Shown: positions 9,401 to 18,716 of the stretch, one piece after another
Position numbering within the stretch: position 1 is the stretch's first letter
How the letters are laid out: each line of letters starts with the position of its first letter
Assembly (NCBI GenBank): GCA_019747735.1
Contig: JAIEQL010000014.1
Span: forward strand, 5,101-69,100
Reading direction: 5' to 3'
Length of the DNA stretch: 64,000 nt
Source of the DNA: Chthoniobacterales bacterium
GTDB taxonomy: Bacteria > Verrucomicrobiota > Verrucomicrobiia > Chthoniobacterales > UBA6821
Made by a program: the position numbers and the translations under genes
The notes under the pieces: model-generated
Seen by the model: the letters and a program-made list of their open reading frames with translations, nothing else
Told to the model about the DNA's origin: nothing
The model's database searches: none

Positions 9401-12400
9401 TTATTAGATAAGTATGCCGAGGCTGTTGTAACCCAAAAGAGCATTCAAGAGTTAGATCAAAAACAAGAAACACTGACTCTCGAAAAAAAACGGTTCTGGG
9501 AATTAAAAGAGCAAATTGGAAAAGAAGAACAGTTAACGCAAGTAAGAGAACAGTTGAGATGGGAAGAGAGAGGTGGCTCGCTATTAGGAAAAGGCAAGGT
9601 AAAATCCAAACAGCATCAATTAAAGGAAGATTCCTACGTCACGAAGCTTCCAGCATCATCGGCAAACGAAGTAACAGATCAACAGGTTGACGAACACGAT
9701 ATCACTGAAAAAATCACGAAGGTAAATGAGGTGCTCTCGCGCTTGGATGGTGCTTATGGGCAAGCCATGACTCTTTATCAAAAAGCAAAACAGACTCGGA
9801 TCAATCGTCATGCTAAAGATCGCTGGAGTGAGGCTGTGTTTGCTTGGAAAGGCCTGCTGGATCAGCTCAACGATGTTGCACAGATGAATGAGGAGGTCAA
9901 AGAGCCCGTTGCTTCTTTGTTGCGCATGCAAGCGAACCAAAAGCGACAAACGAACATGGATGAGTTTTTAAAAAATGAAAAAAAGACTCAAGTGCGTTTG
10001 TTAGAAGCCCAGCTACGCCATGCAGAGAGTCAAGCGCAGGCTCATTTTTACGAGGCGCAGACTACGGTGTTGGATGAACAGAGGCTCCCTTTATTAGAAA
10101 AAGCCGTTCAAAATGCAAAGGAAACAACAGCAGCATGGGAGTTGTTAAAGAAGCATGACGGTTTAGAAATGCCCAACAATCTCATTAACAAAATAGAAGT
10201 AGAACAGCTTCCACATTGGTTGACGGTTCAGAAACCTTACTACGAAGCCCTCTATGCTCATGTTGCGTTTGAAATAGCCAAAACAGCCGCTCTCTTAGCG
10301 CCACTGCAGGAGAAAGAGCATCGTTGGAATGAGGCAATGAGGCAAGGGCAGGAGGCACACACTCTACTAGGTGATAGTGTTGCTCTTTTTCAAAATCAGC
10401 TAAGTCTCGTTGAGGAGACTACAAAGAAGCAGTGGCACTCTGCCTTAAAAAATGTAGAGGAAAAGAGTAATGCTTTAAAAACGTTTTTGAGCGAAGGTGA
10501 ACAGTTAAAAGAAAGTGATATTGCTCAAACAAAGATTCAGCAAGAGGCTTTAGCTCAACTTCCCACTCAGCTCTCCTCAACTGCTTTCGTTGAAAAAAAT
10601 AATCCAGAGCTTGAGGTTAAGGCTGCGACAGGAGCAAAAAAGTCCTCTATTTCTTCTCCACAAGGAGAAAGGACACCACAAAAATACAGTCCCCCACACT
10701 CTTCTCTCCTGCCGTTTTTTGATGAAGTGAAAAAGGACTATCCAGAGGCTGAACTCATTGATCAAAGGGAGTTTTGGCTAGATCCTTGGCAAAGAAAAAC
10801 AGTTTTAATTTTAAAAATTCCGACAGTAACTAAGCAAATTCCAGCATCACGATATCTCCGTGTAGAAAGAATACTCGATACATCTATCAATAGGGCTGAA
10901 CGAAGAGAGATGTATGCTGATGAATTAATTGTCAAACTCAAGGAGGATGAGAATCCTGAAGCGTTCTTAGCTGACATGAAGTCTGAAGTTGACGAGATTG
11001 AGCCTTTTTCTATTTTAAAAAATTCTTATCGTCTCTTGCTCAAAGAGCACTCTTTTGATTCCTTAGAAAAAACCCAAGCAAAAATAAAAGAAAAAAATTT
11101 GCCTGTCATCAGCTGTGCCCCAAATTATTTAGACAAAGAGTTAGTAAGCTTTAATGATCCACAATACCAACAAGGCCATCAGTGGAATCTTGAAAAAATT
11201 GATATGGAAACTGCTTGGGAGCATGTTAGGCCAAGGATGGAGCAGCTCTCTGAGGATCAGTTTCCTGTTGTAGGAATCTTAGATTCTGGAGCTCGTATTT
11301 ATCACGAGGATCTGGAAGGAAATTTTTATGAAGATAGCGAAGGGGGGATCGGTATTGATGGCTTTGATACAAGCGAGCATTGGCCCAGTGATGATCGTGG
11401 TCATGGAAGTATGTGCGCAGGTATCATTGGGGCTATTTGCGATAATGAGAGGGGGATAGCTGGTATTGCTTGGAAAGTAAAATTGATGATTTGTAAAATT
11501 GCTGAACCAAAAAGGCCAGGAGAAGTGGCAACAGTTGACTCAAAAGCACGCGACGATGCTCTACAATGGGCTCTTAACGAGTTTGTAAATAAGAGGCACA
11601 TCAACATTCCTGTTTTTAATTATAGCTATGGATTAAAAGAGCCAATGGCTTTTTATCAGTCAATAATAGACCAGGCTCCTCATGCAATCATTGTGAGGGC
11701 AGCTGGAAACCAAGGTTGTAATAATGACTTTAATTCATCTTGTATTGAAGAGAGCCAATTTCACAAAAATGTCTTAGTCGTTGCTGCCACAGATGAAGAG
11801 GATCAGTTGGCTGCTTTTTTAGACCAAAATGGTCTACCAGTTGGTTCTTCCCATTATGGGCCTGCAACTGTCCATTTGGCTGCGCCAGGGGTTCGTATTA
11901 CAGCTACTGGTGCAGAGAGCAATAATCACTATGATACTTCTCAAGGAACCTCCCTTGCTGCGCCTCATGTAGCAGCTGTATTGGCTTTGATGCAGCCACA
12001 ATTTTCTCATCTTCCTAATTTCAATAATGAATTTTTAATAGATCGCTTACTGGCAACTACTGATAAAATTGACTCTCTTAAAAATAAAACAATCGCAGGA
12101 CGTCTCAATGCTGAAAGGGCAGTAGACTTAAAGCTTCCGCCAGCTATTATTGGCTTTTGGAAAGGGGCAAGTAATGCTGGAACGGAGGCGTATAAAGCAT
12201 TCAACGAGATTCATAGAAAAGAGAGAGACATCTTTTGCGGAGAAAACAAGCTGCTTTTTAGCAATCTACAAGGAGATCAACTTGCTTTTGCTGAGGAACG
12301 CGTTCGCGTAAATGGGCTTTATCAAGAACTTGATCAGCTTTATGAAGAGGCTCTCGATAAAGCTGAGAAAGCAAAAGAAGCATGGGAAAAGTTTTCTCAT

Positions 12401-12718
12401 AATTCCCAGCAACAAGCATCTGCTAATTTGCAAGAACAGACTTATTGGGAGCGTGAACAATCGGATGCGGAGAAGTATATCAGAACTTGGGAAGACAATA
12501 TAAGTAATCAGGAGCTCTGGTATGAATGGGACCAAAGAAGAAGAGCACTAGAAACTCAAGCTCTAGCAATTAAAATGGGAGAGGTTCCCCAAGTATGGGA
12601 TAGAGTGTTAGAGCAGTATAAAACTCTTCAAGATGAGACTCCCCCTAGCATCGGTTCTTTCCATCCTTTTTTAAATGTTTTGCTTGAAAAAAAAGAAATT
12701 CTTCGCAGTGAACCCTAG
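6452..12718 (+). CDS. Giant secreted repeat protein with C-terminal subtilase (peptidase S8) module; paralog 1 of 3
   Basis: ATG at 6452 gives signal peptide MKNHLLLLLLSACALAPLPVSAM (the track TTG start is 6398). It has the shared head block LEQRTQEAREIVADLGGKGPAI, 67/77-aa repeats, an I9-like propeptide (ELIVKLKED..SCAPNYL) and an S8 triad (see domain feature). Confidence 0.9.
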   Translation: MKNHLLLLLLSACALAPLPVSAMIEADKKEEHKESSDSKKTLEKNTYETLLEAQKAAAERVNNPAANNNTEIKFEAFVEKEEIIDDNTLKPTPTADPQSNSSLVDADEESEKEDLFDLTTLEQRTQEAREIVADLGGKGPAISEQALRDLYHTWSQRYQRYQKALQDLQQQSEIGIAGEQIEDRLGELVKVSQKAQEALETSLRSITQELTRAAGTKKWDPLIDEKKTTQKERTQEQEKELLEQEKTTALKQFEKLLNDVNSLLYDDRPQVSLTSYKEKHQPFFKELRTVAEKQKRAYQDQEQREETSSLLHAWEKVLEMIPELEKNHREWKETFSAKEKAIVDANLMIAWSSFQEGMAYARGDKESAALWEKSGDLLGQVKTAWNQNEKTKAERLKKQACTLGGWGNWPGAAYAHGKAREARARGDELGNQEAALWEKSAEIWQEQAAAVKEKGGEKQPDKLMKQAFALGGREKWPGAAYAYGKAREARAWGDELGNQEAALWEKSAAIYKKQADPLERGGEKQAAAVKEKDEKQADKLIKQALALGGWEGLPGAAYAYGKAREARARKDELGDKEAALWEKSAEIWQEQAAALEKGDEKQAAAVKGKDEKQAELLKKQALALGGSENCPGAAYAYGKAREARAWKDELGDKEAVLWEEAADQLAAGDEEQTEPLKKQVSALNLNSSSDGSPFYFYRKAREARAWGDELGKQEAALWEQVVDKLAAALREGDSTKAKLLKEQALALGGFEWMPGAAYAYRKAREAKAQGDELGDKEAALWEKSAEIWKKQAAALEKGDEKQAAAVKEKDEKQAELLKKQALALGGHAGCPGAAYAYGKAREARARKDELRKKKTALWEESAEIYKEQAAALARGDEQKAMRLFLRAAYLENSDSFIKHLGEKIEQQFTVIDECRKKSQEAIAAGNQEEGGCWNKAADALNESAMSWTYESIDYHRKAKSANENPALVALYEKAIFQTETVAGLLDKYAEAVVTQKSIQELDQKQETLTLEKKRFWELKEQIGKEEQLTQVREQLRWEERGGSLLGKGKVKSKQHQLKEDSYVTKLPASSANEVTDQQVDEHDITEKITKVNEVLSRLDGAYGQAMTLYQKAKQTRINRHAKDRWSEAVFAWKGLLDQLNDVAQMNEEVKEPVASLLRMQANQKRQTNMDEFLKNEKKTQVRLLEAQLRHAESQAQAHFYEAQTTVLDEQRLPLLEKAVQNAKETTAAWELLKKHDGLEMPNNLINKIEVEQLPHWLTVQKPYYEALYAHVAFEIAKTAALLAPLQEKEHRWNEAMRQGQEAHTLLGDSVALFQNQLSLVEETTKKQWHSALKNVEEKSNALKTFLSEGEQLKESDIAQTKIQQEALAQLPTQLSSTAFVEKNNPELEVKAATGAKKSSISSPQGERTPQKYSPPHSSLLPFFDEVKKDYPEAELIDQREFWLDPWQRKTVLILKIPTVTKQIPASRYLRVERILDTSINRAERREMYADELIVKLKEDENPEAFLADMKSEVDEIEPFSILKNSYRLLLKEHSFDSLEKTQAKIKEKNLPVISCAPNYLDKELVSFNDPQYQQGHQWNLEKIDMETAWEHVRPRMEQLSEDQFPVVGILDSGARIYHEDLEGNFYEDSEGGIGIDGFDTSEHWPSDDRGHGSMCAGIIGAICDNERGIAGIAWKVKLMICKIAEPKRPGEVATVDSKARDDALQWALNEFVNKRHINIPVFNYSYGLKEPMAFYQSIIDQAPHAIIVRAAGNQGCNNDFNSSCIEESQFHKNVLVVAATDEEDQLAAFLDQNGLPVGSSHYGPATVHLAAPGVRITATGAESNNHYDTSQGTSLAAPHVAAVLALMQPQFSHLPNFNNEFLIDRLLATTDKIDSLKNKTIAGRLNAERAVDLKLPPAIIGFWKGASNAGTEAYKAFNEIHRKERDIFCGENKLLFSNLQGDQLAFAEERVRVNGLYQELDQLYEEALDKAEKAKEAWEKFSHNSQQQASANLQEQTYWEREQSDAEKYIRTWEDNISNQELWYEWDQRRRALETQALAIKMGEVPQVWDRVLEQYKTLQDETPPSIGSFHPFLNVLLEKKEILRSEP
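7540..9120 (+). repeat. In-frame tandem array of 201/231-bp (67/77-aa) repeats inside giant gene 1
   Basis: The landmark cc(c/t)ggagctgcttatgct recurs at 7679, 7880, 8111, 8342, 8711 and 8942. Unit: PGAAYAYGKAREARA.GDELG..EAALWEKSAEIW.EQAAA...GDEKQA..LKKQALALGGW. Confidence 0.9.
11180..12125 (+). other. Subtilase S8 catalytic domain of giant gene 1
   Basis: Asp VVGILDSGARIYHEDL, His DDRGHGSMCAGIIGA, oxyanion Asn VRAAGNQG and Ser SQGTSLAAPHVAAVLALM, all in canonical order. Confidence 0.88.
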
Positions 12719-12763
12719 TTAAGGCCTTGCTTGTAAGGTGGTGAAAGAAGTTTTTTTTGGCTG

Positions 12764-12906
12764 AGAGGGTGTCTTGAAAAGACTAAAATTGCGCATTACG
12801 GCGTCGCTCCAGTGCTCGTGTCCTCGAGTATGTCCATATACACTGCGGGTCTGTGCGCTTCGCTCCTGGTACTGCATCAATTTTATTCATTTTCAAGACA
12901 CCCTCT
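12764..12906. mobile_element. MITE-like element, family A, copy A2
   Basis: Same 143-bp element as 2966..3108 with 3 mismatches by eye. Termini agagggtgtcttgaaaag / cattttcaagacaccctct. Confidence 0.8.
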
Positions 12907-12970
12907 GAAGCAAGTTCAACTTTTGACCTCGACTCTTCTTTTTAAATTTTTAGAAAATTTAAAAAGAAGA

Positions 12971-13045
12971 TGGAGGCGGAGGTCGGAATCGAACCGACGA
13001 ATGGGGCTTTTGCAGAGCCCAGCCTTACCACTTGGCTACTCCGCC
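12971..13045 (-). tRNA. tRNA-Cys (anticodon GCA), CCA encoded
   Basis: Reverse complement GGCGGAG..GGGCT-CTGCAAA-AGCCC..GGTTCGATTCCGACC-TCCGCC-T-CCA. Acceptor and anticodon stems pair perfectly. Confidence 0.9.
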
Positions 13046-13074
13046 GTAAATTTAGTTCTAAAAAATCAGAAGAA

Positions 13075-13146
13075 TGGGCAGTGAGGGATTTGAACCCCCG
13101 ACCAACTCGGTGTAAACGAGCCGCTCTACCGCTGAGCTAACTGCCC
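13075..13146 (-). tRNA. tRNA-Val (anticodon TAC)
   Basis: Reverse complement GGGCAGTTAGCTCAGCGGTAGAGC-G-GCTCG-TTTACAC-CGAGT..GGGGGTTCAAATCCCTC-ACTGCCC-A. Confidence 0.9.
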
Positions 13147-13226
13147 TGAAAAGGAGCTGATAACGATCTCGTTCTTTTCGCAAGGAGGCAAGCTTTTTTT
13201 CTTAATTTAACCCCGACCTTGCAGGA

Positions 13227-13261
13227 TCTGCAGCCTGCAGCCTATAGTCTAGAGCCTACAG
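13227..13261 (+). repeat. Five degenerate heptanucleotide tandem repeats (consensus cctacag) in the glgP leader
   Basis: tctgcag cctgcag cctatag tctagag cctacag, ending 15 nt before the ATG at 13277. The same heptamer occurs in 4 perfect copies at 29742..29769. Confidence 0.75.
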
Positions 13262-13276
13262 CCTTTTCAATTTCTT

Positions 13277-15844
13277 ATGAATATTCCTGAACAGACTCTT
13301 TTGACTTTCAATGTCATTCCCAAACTCCCTTCTTCGCTGGAACCGTTACGGGAACTTGCTTACAACCTTTGGTGGAGTTGGGAACCTCAAGCACGGCGTT
13401 TATTTAGAGATCTTGATGTTACCTTGTGGGAACAAACGAATCATAATCCGGTGCGTGTCTTGCAACTCTGTCGCCAGTCGCGGTTAAGCGAAGTAGGAAC
13501 TGATGATCGTTATCTCTCAGAGCTAAAAAAAGTTTATCAAAATTTTCAGGATTATTTGTTGAGAGTTGATACCTATGGCTCTTCACGCCCCAATGCTGCC
13601 GTGGCTTATTTTTCTGCAGAGTATGGATTGCACGAATCATTCCCTAATTACTCGGGTGGGCTGGGTATTTTATCAGGAGATCATTGCAAGTCAGCATCTG
13701 ATCTTGGGCTTGATTTTACAGCAGTGGGACTGCTTTATCGCGATGGGTATTTCCGTCAAGAGATTGATAGCAATGGGCGGCAAGAAGCCAAGGAACTCAA
13801 TCAGGTATTTTATCACCTTCCTGTCAACGAAGTAAAAATAAATGGAGAGACTTTGAAGGTGAAAGTCGAGTTGCCCGGACGGTTGCTCTGGGCACGTATT
13901 TGGGAAGTTGCGGTGGGGCGTATCAAAATTTACCTACTCGATACAACCATTCCTGAAAATAGTGCTGCCGATCAACATATCTCCACGACACTTTATGGGG
14001 GAAATAATGAGTTGCGAGTGCAACAAGAAATAGTCCTTGGTATTGGAGGAATGCGGGCTTTAGAGGCTCTTGGAATCAAGCCTAGAGTTTTTCACATGAA
14101 TGAGGGGCACTCTGCCTTTCTCTCGTTAGAAAGAATTAGAAGATTTGTTCAAGATTCAGAACATAAAGTCGATTTTCATACCGCTTTTCAAGCAGTAGCG
14201 GCCTCTACGATTTTTACAACACACACGCCAGTTCCTGCTGGTAATGATGCTTTCAGTGAGGAGCTCATGAAAACTTATTTTTCCCATTATCCTGCAGAAG
14301 TAGGAATCACCTGGGAGGAGTTGATGCGTTTAGGACGAATAGAAAAAGATGCTAATGGGCTTTTTAGCATGACAATTTTGGCATTAAGAACAAGCCGCTT
14401 TACCAATGGAGTTAGTCAACTTCATGGCGCTGTGAGCCGTCAATTGTGGCAAGAGCTGTGGCATGATGTTCCTTTCGATGAAGTCCCTATTACAAGTATT
14501 ACTAATGGTGTTCATGCCAAGACGTGGGCTGCAGGAGAGTTTCGCGAACTTTATGAACGCTACTTAGGTAAGAATTGGGAGGATCGTCAGAATGATCCTG
14601 AGTTCTGGCGTGGAGTCATTGATATTCCCGATGAAGCTCTTTGGGGTACTCATCAGATGCTCAAAGAACGAACCATCGATTTTCTTCGTGAACGTGTGCG
14701 GCGCCAACGCTTGCGTAATGGGGAGTCCTCAGAAGAAGTGCGTTGTGTAAACCATATTCTGAATAAGGATGTATTGACCATTGGTTTTGCAAGACGCTTT
14801 GCGACCTACAAGCGCGGAAGCCTTATTTTTAGTGACCTTGAAAGGTTACAACGGATTGTGACAAACAAAGAGCGTCCTGTGCAATTTATCTTTGCAGGCA
14901 AAGCTCACCCTGCTGACGAGGAAGGAAAAAAAATTATTCAGGAAGTCTATCGTTATTCGCGGGACCCTCGTTTTGAAAACCGTATTGTCTTTGTTGAAGA
15001 TTATGACATCAACATCGGGCGTCGTCTTTATCAAGGATGTGATCTTTGGCTCAACAACCCCTTGCGGCCTTATGAGGCAAGTGGGACCAGTGGGATGAAA
15101 CTACCTCTCAATGGAGGTATCAATGTCAGTGTGTTGGATGGATGGTGGTTAGAAAGCTACAATGGGAAAAATGGATGGGCTATTGGAAGTGACCTTGTTG
15201 GGGAGAGCCCAGAGCATCAAAATAGTACTGATGTGGCCAGTCTGTTTCATCTTTTGGAGCAGCAAATTGTTCCACTCTACTACGCAAAACCAGATGGTAT
15301 CTTGCCAGTAGCCTGGATTCAGGCAATGCGCGAGTCGATGAGGACTATTATTCCACTCTTCAATACTAATCGTATGGTGGAAGAATATAGTCGTTTTCTT
15401 TATGAGCCTGCTGCTACTGCCTATGAAAAGATGGAAGCTGATCACTTTGCTAGGGCAAAAGAGCTTAGCCTTTGGAAAAATGAGATGATTGCGCTTTGGC
15501 CTCAGGTTCAAGTTCTAGAACATCAGATTCTCTGCACACCACATCACTGTTCTTTTTTTGTGGGAGAAAAAGTTCCCATCACCGCTTCCGTGCAACTTGG
15601 TAACATCAAGCCTGAATATGTTCGTGTTCAAGCTTGTTTTGGACCTATCGACAGAAATGTTATTTTAACTCCACACGTAGAAGAAATGAGACATGGAGCA
15701 CTTCTTTCCGAAGGTGTTTATGCCTATTCTGGAGAGTTACCAGCGGCAGAGAGCGGAGAATATGGTCTCAATATTCGTGTGATTCCAACACATCCATTGC
15801 TATTGCAGGCTCATGAGTTGAAGCTTATTAGCTGGGCAAAATAA
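13277..15844 (+). CDS. glgP: Alpha-glucan (glycogen/maltodextrin) phosphorylase, GT35, short bacterial GlgP type
   Basis: 855 aa. EYGLHESFPNYSGGLGILSGDHCKSASDLGL, and the PLP-lysine region EASGTSGMKLPLNGG. Confidence 0.92.
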   Translation: MNIPEQTLLTFNVIPKLPSSLEPLRELAYNLWWSWEPQARRLFRDLDVTLWEQTNHNPVRVLQLCRQSRLSEVGTDDRYLSELKKVYQNFQDYLLRVDTYGSSRPNAAVAYFSAEYGLHESFPNYSGGLGILSGDHCKSASDLGLDFTAVGLLYRDGYFRQEIDSNGRQEAKELNQVFYHLPVNEVKINGETLKVKVELPGRLLWARIWEVAVGRIKIYLLDTTIPENSAADQHISTTLYGGNNELRVQQEIVLGIGGMRALEALGIKPRVFHMNEGHSAFLSLERIRRFVQDSEHKVDFHTAFQAVAASTIFTTHTPVPAGNDAFSEELMKTYFSHYPAEVGITWEELMRLGRIEKDANGLFSMTILALRTSRFTNGVSQLHGAVSRQLWQELWHDVPFDEVPITSITNGVHAKTWAAGEFRELYERYLGKNWEDRQNDPEFWRGVIDIPDEALWGTHQMLKERTIDFLRERVRRQRLRNGESSEEVRCVNHILNKDVLTIGFARRFATYKRGSLIFSDLERLQRIVTNKERPVQFIFAGKAHPADEEGKKIIQEVYRYSRDPRFENRIVFVEDYDINIGRRLYQGCDLWLNNPLRPYEASGTSGMKLPLNGGINVSVLDGWWLESYNGKNGWAIGSDLVGESPEHQNSTDVASLFHLLEQQIVPLYYAKPDGILPVAWIQAMRESMRTIIPLFNTNRMVEEYSRFLYEPAATAYEKMEADHFARAKELSLWKNEMIALWPQVQVLEHQILCTPHHCSFFVGEKVPITASVQLGNIKPEYVRVQACFGPIDRNVILTPHVEEMRHGALLSEGVYAYSGELPAAESGEYGLNIRVIPTHPLLLQAHELKLISWAK

Positions 15845-15978
15845 ATCTGCTGCTCTTGCTGTTGCTTCAGTAACAGTAAGCTCTGAAGTCTGGTTAGCCC
15901 TAAAAAAATCCTGCTTAAAAAAACTTAAAATTCATCTGACAAAGCTATTGATTTGTAGTCTGGCATTTTTCTCTCTCC

Positions 15979-17241
15979 ATGATTTTTTTTATCAAAAATA
16001 TTCTTGAACCACTGATTTTCATTTTTATCGGTGGTGTTTTTATCCTTGCAGATGTTTGTCTGGGGATGAGGAAAGATCATGTTGAAAAAATCTTTTTTCT
16101 GCGCTCTTCACGACCTGCTTTGCGCTTCACAGCAGTCTTCTTTTTTGTTCTCGGTATTTTGTATGTTGGTGAAAACTTTCTCACTATTCCAAGCAGCACA
16201 ACTGCTCTAGAACATTTGTTAATCTTAGTTGTGCTCAGTGCGTTATTGGCACTTTTTCTTTCCTTGTTTGGTATTGCCTTGCCGCGAATAGTAGCAGAAT
16301 CATATTCTTCTTCATGGTTTGTCTATGGGCTCAGTTGTTTTGTTCAAGGAGCAACATGCTGGATGAGGCCGGTAATAGCAGTCTTTCATTTTTGTTTGCT
16401 TCCTATTTTAAAATGTTTGGGGCTTTCTTTGTATACTACGCCACCAACTTCCGATGAAGAGGTCATTCACATGATGGATGAAGGTCTTCACAGTGGGATT
16501 TTTAATGCTGCTGAAAAAGAAATGGTTGAAGGAGTTCTCGAGCTCGATGAGCAATGCGCTGCTTCTTTAATGACTCCTCGTTCTCAGGTCATTGCACTTA
16601 ATCTCGATGACAAAGATGAAGAAAACTGGCGGCATATCATTTCTAGTGGGCATTCCGAGTTTCCTGTATTTAAAACCACGCAAGACAATGTTGTCGGTAT
16701 GGTTTCTGTCAAAGCGCTGTGGGCTAATCTTTCGATGACTGGAGCTGTCAAATTAGCAGATGTTATTACCAAACCACTCTATCTTTCTTCGACGATGAGT
16801 CCTTCTGCAATTATTGAAGAGTTTCGCTCTAAGAAATGCCACATGGCTCTCGTCGTGAATGAATTTGGAATTGTTGTTGGCATTATCACCCTCAAAGATG
16901 TGATTGAGTCCATTGTAGGTGTTCTTCCAGAACGAGAAAATAAAATGCATTATCCTCAGATTGTCGTCCAAACTGATAAGAGTTGGCTTGTAGACGCCAT
17001 GATGAATTATAAAGAAGCCGCTGAAGAATTAGGAATGTCACCTCGTGATGAAGAGAATGAAGAAAATCGTTATCAAACAATGGGTGGTTTTTTTCTCCAT
17101 CATTTAGGTCATATTCCCCATGCAGGAGAGTCGGTCACTGTCGGAAATTTTTATTTTCAAGTTGTCTCGATGAAACAACATCGCATCGATAAACTTTCGG
17201 TTGCTGTGTTGCCTGCTTCGCAAGTTGAAGTGAAAAGTTGA
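15979..17241 (+). CDS. CNNM/TlyC-type membrane protein with CBS pair and CorC_HlyC domain (hemolysin-like / Mg-Co efflux family)
   Basis: 420 aa. N-terminal TM segments, EKEMVEGVLELDEQCAASLMTPRSQV, two CBS-like blocks and C-terminal GGFFLHHLGHIPHAGESV. Confidence 0.8.
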   Translation: MIFFIKNILEPLIFIFIGGVFILADVCLGMRKDHVEKIFFLRSSRPALRFTAVFFFVLGILYVGENFLTIPSSTTALEHLLILVVLSALLALFLSLFGIALPRIVAESYSSSWFVYGLSCFVQGATCWMRPVIAVFHFCLLPILKCLGLSLYTTPPTSDEEVIHMMDEGLHSGIFNAAEKEMVEGVLELDEQCAASLMTPRSQVIALNLDDKDEENWRHIISSGHSEFPVFKTTQDNVVGMVSVKALWANLSMTGAVKLADVITKPLYLSSTMSPSAIIEEFRSKKCHMALVVNEFGIVVGIITLKDVIESIVGVLPERENKMHYPQIVVQTDKSWLVDAMMNYKEAAEELGMSPRDEENEENRYQTMGGFFLHHLGHIPHAGESVTVGNFYFQVVSMKQHRIDKLSVAVLPASQVEVKS

Positions 17242-17243
17242 AA

Positions 17244-17302
17244 ATGCCGCCAATTTATAGCGGTATCCCCCGCGAAGGCGGGGATCCAGCTATCGTTGCG
17301 AT
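17244..17302. repeat. Family-D repeat with GC hairpin
   Basis: atgccgccaatttatagcggtatcccccgcgaaggcggggatccagctatcgttgcg. Hairpin ccccgc-gaag-gcgggg at 17268..17283. Diverged copy at 97..156. Confidence 0.6.
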
Positions 17303-17530
17303 GACTATTCACTCCAGCAGGTTGATAATTCGCTACCCTTCTTGTATGAGTGTCAATGAGAGAATATATAGTCAAATTACTTAGAAATTACACAAAATTG
17401 ACGTGATCTTTTCAGGAAAAGACTGCGTTCTCATTACTCCCGTTATAAGATATAGCGCTCGCTCTTCGGCCTTGCCTTTTCTAAAAACCTCTGCGTTCTT
17501 TCATGTAATTTTTAAGTAATTCGACTATAT

Positions 17531-17672
17531 GAGGGTGTCTTGAAAATGAATAAAATTGATGCAGTACCAGGAGCGAAGCGCACAGACCCGCAGTGTATAG
17601 GGACATACTCGAGGACGCGAGCACTGGAGCGACGCAGTAATGCGCAATTTTAGTCTTTTCAAGACACCCTCT
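17531..17672. mobile_element. MITE-like element, family A, copy A3 (inverted orientation)
   Basis: Its reverse complement matches A1 and A2 with about 2 mismatches. It sits 32 bp upstream of the Rpn-type nuclease gene. Confidence 0.8.
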
Positions 17673-17704
17673 AATCCCCACTTTAACACCTAGCCCTATT
17701 CATT

Positions 17705-18541
17705 ATGCCTCGCTATCTGGATCCCAAAAGTGATTTTGTTTTTAAAAAAATCTTTGGTCAACATCCCAGGTTGCTTCAAGATTTTCTCAATGCGATCTTA
17801 CCTTTACCTCCGGATTGCGTTATCGAAAGTCTGACTTATCTGCCATCAGAGAATGTTCCCGAGCTTGCTAGTTTTAAAAATTCAATTGTCGATGTTCGTT
17901 GCTTAGATAATCACCAGCGTCACTTTATTGTGGAGATGCAGTTACAGTGGACGAGTGATTTCATGAAGCGCATGTTATTTAATACTGCAGCTACGTATAC
18001 TCGCCAACTTAAGAGAGGAGAAGAATATGAGCAGCTCAGTCCTGTTTACGGAGTAGCGCTTCTTGACGCTACTTTTTCTAAAGAGCAAGAGTGGTTTCAT
18101 CACTATCGCATGACCAACGCTAATGACGGCAGTAAGAATCTAGAAGATATTCAGCTCGTCTTAATAGAACTTCCTAAATTAAAACCGACTAGTATTAGGG
18201 AAAAGAGACTAGCTATTTTGTGGCTCCGCTTTTTAAAAGAGATCAATGAAAAAACAGAGGTGGTTGATCCAAGTCTCTTAGAAGTTGATTCTATCAAGGA
18301 AGCGCTGTCACTTTTGGAAGTGGCTTCCTATAACGAAGCAGAATTGCTTGCTTATGATAAAGGTTGGGATGCTGTGAGTACCGAAAAAACGTTATTAAAT
18401 GGAAGATACAAGGAAGGTAAAGCTGAAGGTAAAGCTGAAATGATCCACAATCTTTATCGAATGGGAGTTCCTCTAGAGCAGATTGTCACAGCCGCTCAAC
18501 TCTCTCATTCGGAAGTGCAAATTATTTTGGAAAAAAAATAA
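17705..18541 (+). CDS. Rpn family recombination-promoting nuclease / putative transposase (PD-(D/E)XK, Transposase_31-like)
   Basis: 278 aa. N-terminus YLDPKSDFVFKKIFGQHPRLLQDFLNAIL and core IVDVRCLDNHQRHFIVEMQ (D...E.Q), typical of this family. Confidence 0.75.
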   Translation: MPRYLDPKSDFVFKKIFGQHPRLLQDFLNAILPLPPDCVIESLTYLPSENVPELASFKNSIVDVRCLDNHQRHFIVEMQLQWTSDFMKRMLFNTAATYTRQLKRGEEYEQLSPVYGVALLDATFSKEQEWFHHYRMTNANDGSKNLEDIQLVLIELPKLKPTSIREKRLAILWLRFLKEINEKTEVVDPSLLEVDSIKEALSLLEVASYNEAELLAYDKGWDAVSTEKTLLNGRYKEGKAEGKAEMIHNLYRMGVPLEQIVTAAQLSHSEVQIILEKK

Positions 18542-18631
18542 GTTTTCATTTTGTGCTGATCTTGACTCCTGTTTTTTATCTTCTATCTTCAATCTCCTAT
18601 ATTCTAATCCGTTCTGCTAAACGGATACAAA

Positions 18632-18716
18632 GCCGGTGTGGCGAAATGGCAGACGCAAGGGACTTAAAATCCCTTTTCGCGAAAGCGGAGTGTGGGTTCG
18701 AGTCCCGCCACCGGCA
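18632..18716 (+). tRNA. tRNA-Leu (anticodon TAA), long variable arm
   Basis: GCCGGTG..AGGGA-CTTAAAA-TCCCT-TTCGCGAAAGCGGA-GTGGGTTCGAGTCCCGC-CACCGGC-A. 85 nt, class II tRNA. Confidence 0.9.

Noticed and set aside
12812-13084. Short ORFs running through MITE copies: 12812..13084, 17481..17681, 29504..29719, 35891..36130 and 53684..53953. They give similar peptides such as VAPVLASSSMSLYTAGLCASLL or MPGAEAHSEGVYSQYSMERAPKRRR.
   Set aside because: Comparison of families A, A4 and B shows 1-nt indels in the conserved core that break any common reading frame. One ORF overlaps two tRNA genes. The conservation is at the nucleotide level, so I treat these as element sequence and not as genes.
12719-15844. 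A functional link between the S8 giant genes and glycogen genes, since gene 1 is followed by glgP and gene 2 by glgX.
   Set aside because: The genes are separated by tRNAs or are convergent, with no shared transcription unit. Two occurrences are compatible with coincidence.
15845-15978. Intrinsic terminator calls after glgP, dsbD and giant gene 1 (small hairpins such as cttcag..ctgaag).
   Set aside because: The stems are short (4-6 bp) with large loops and no following U-tract, so I could not support terminator annotations from sequence alone.
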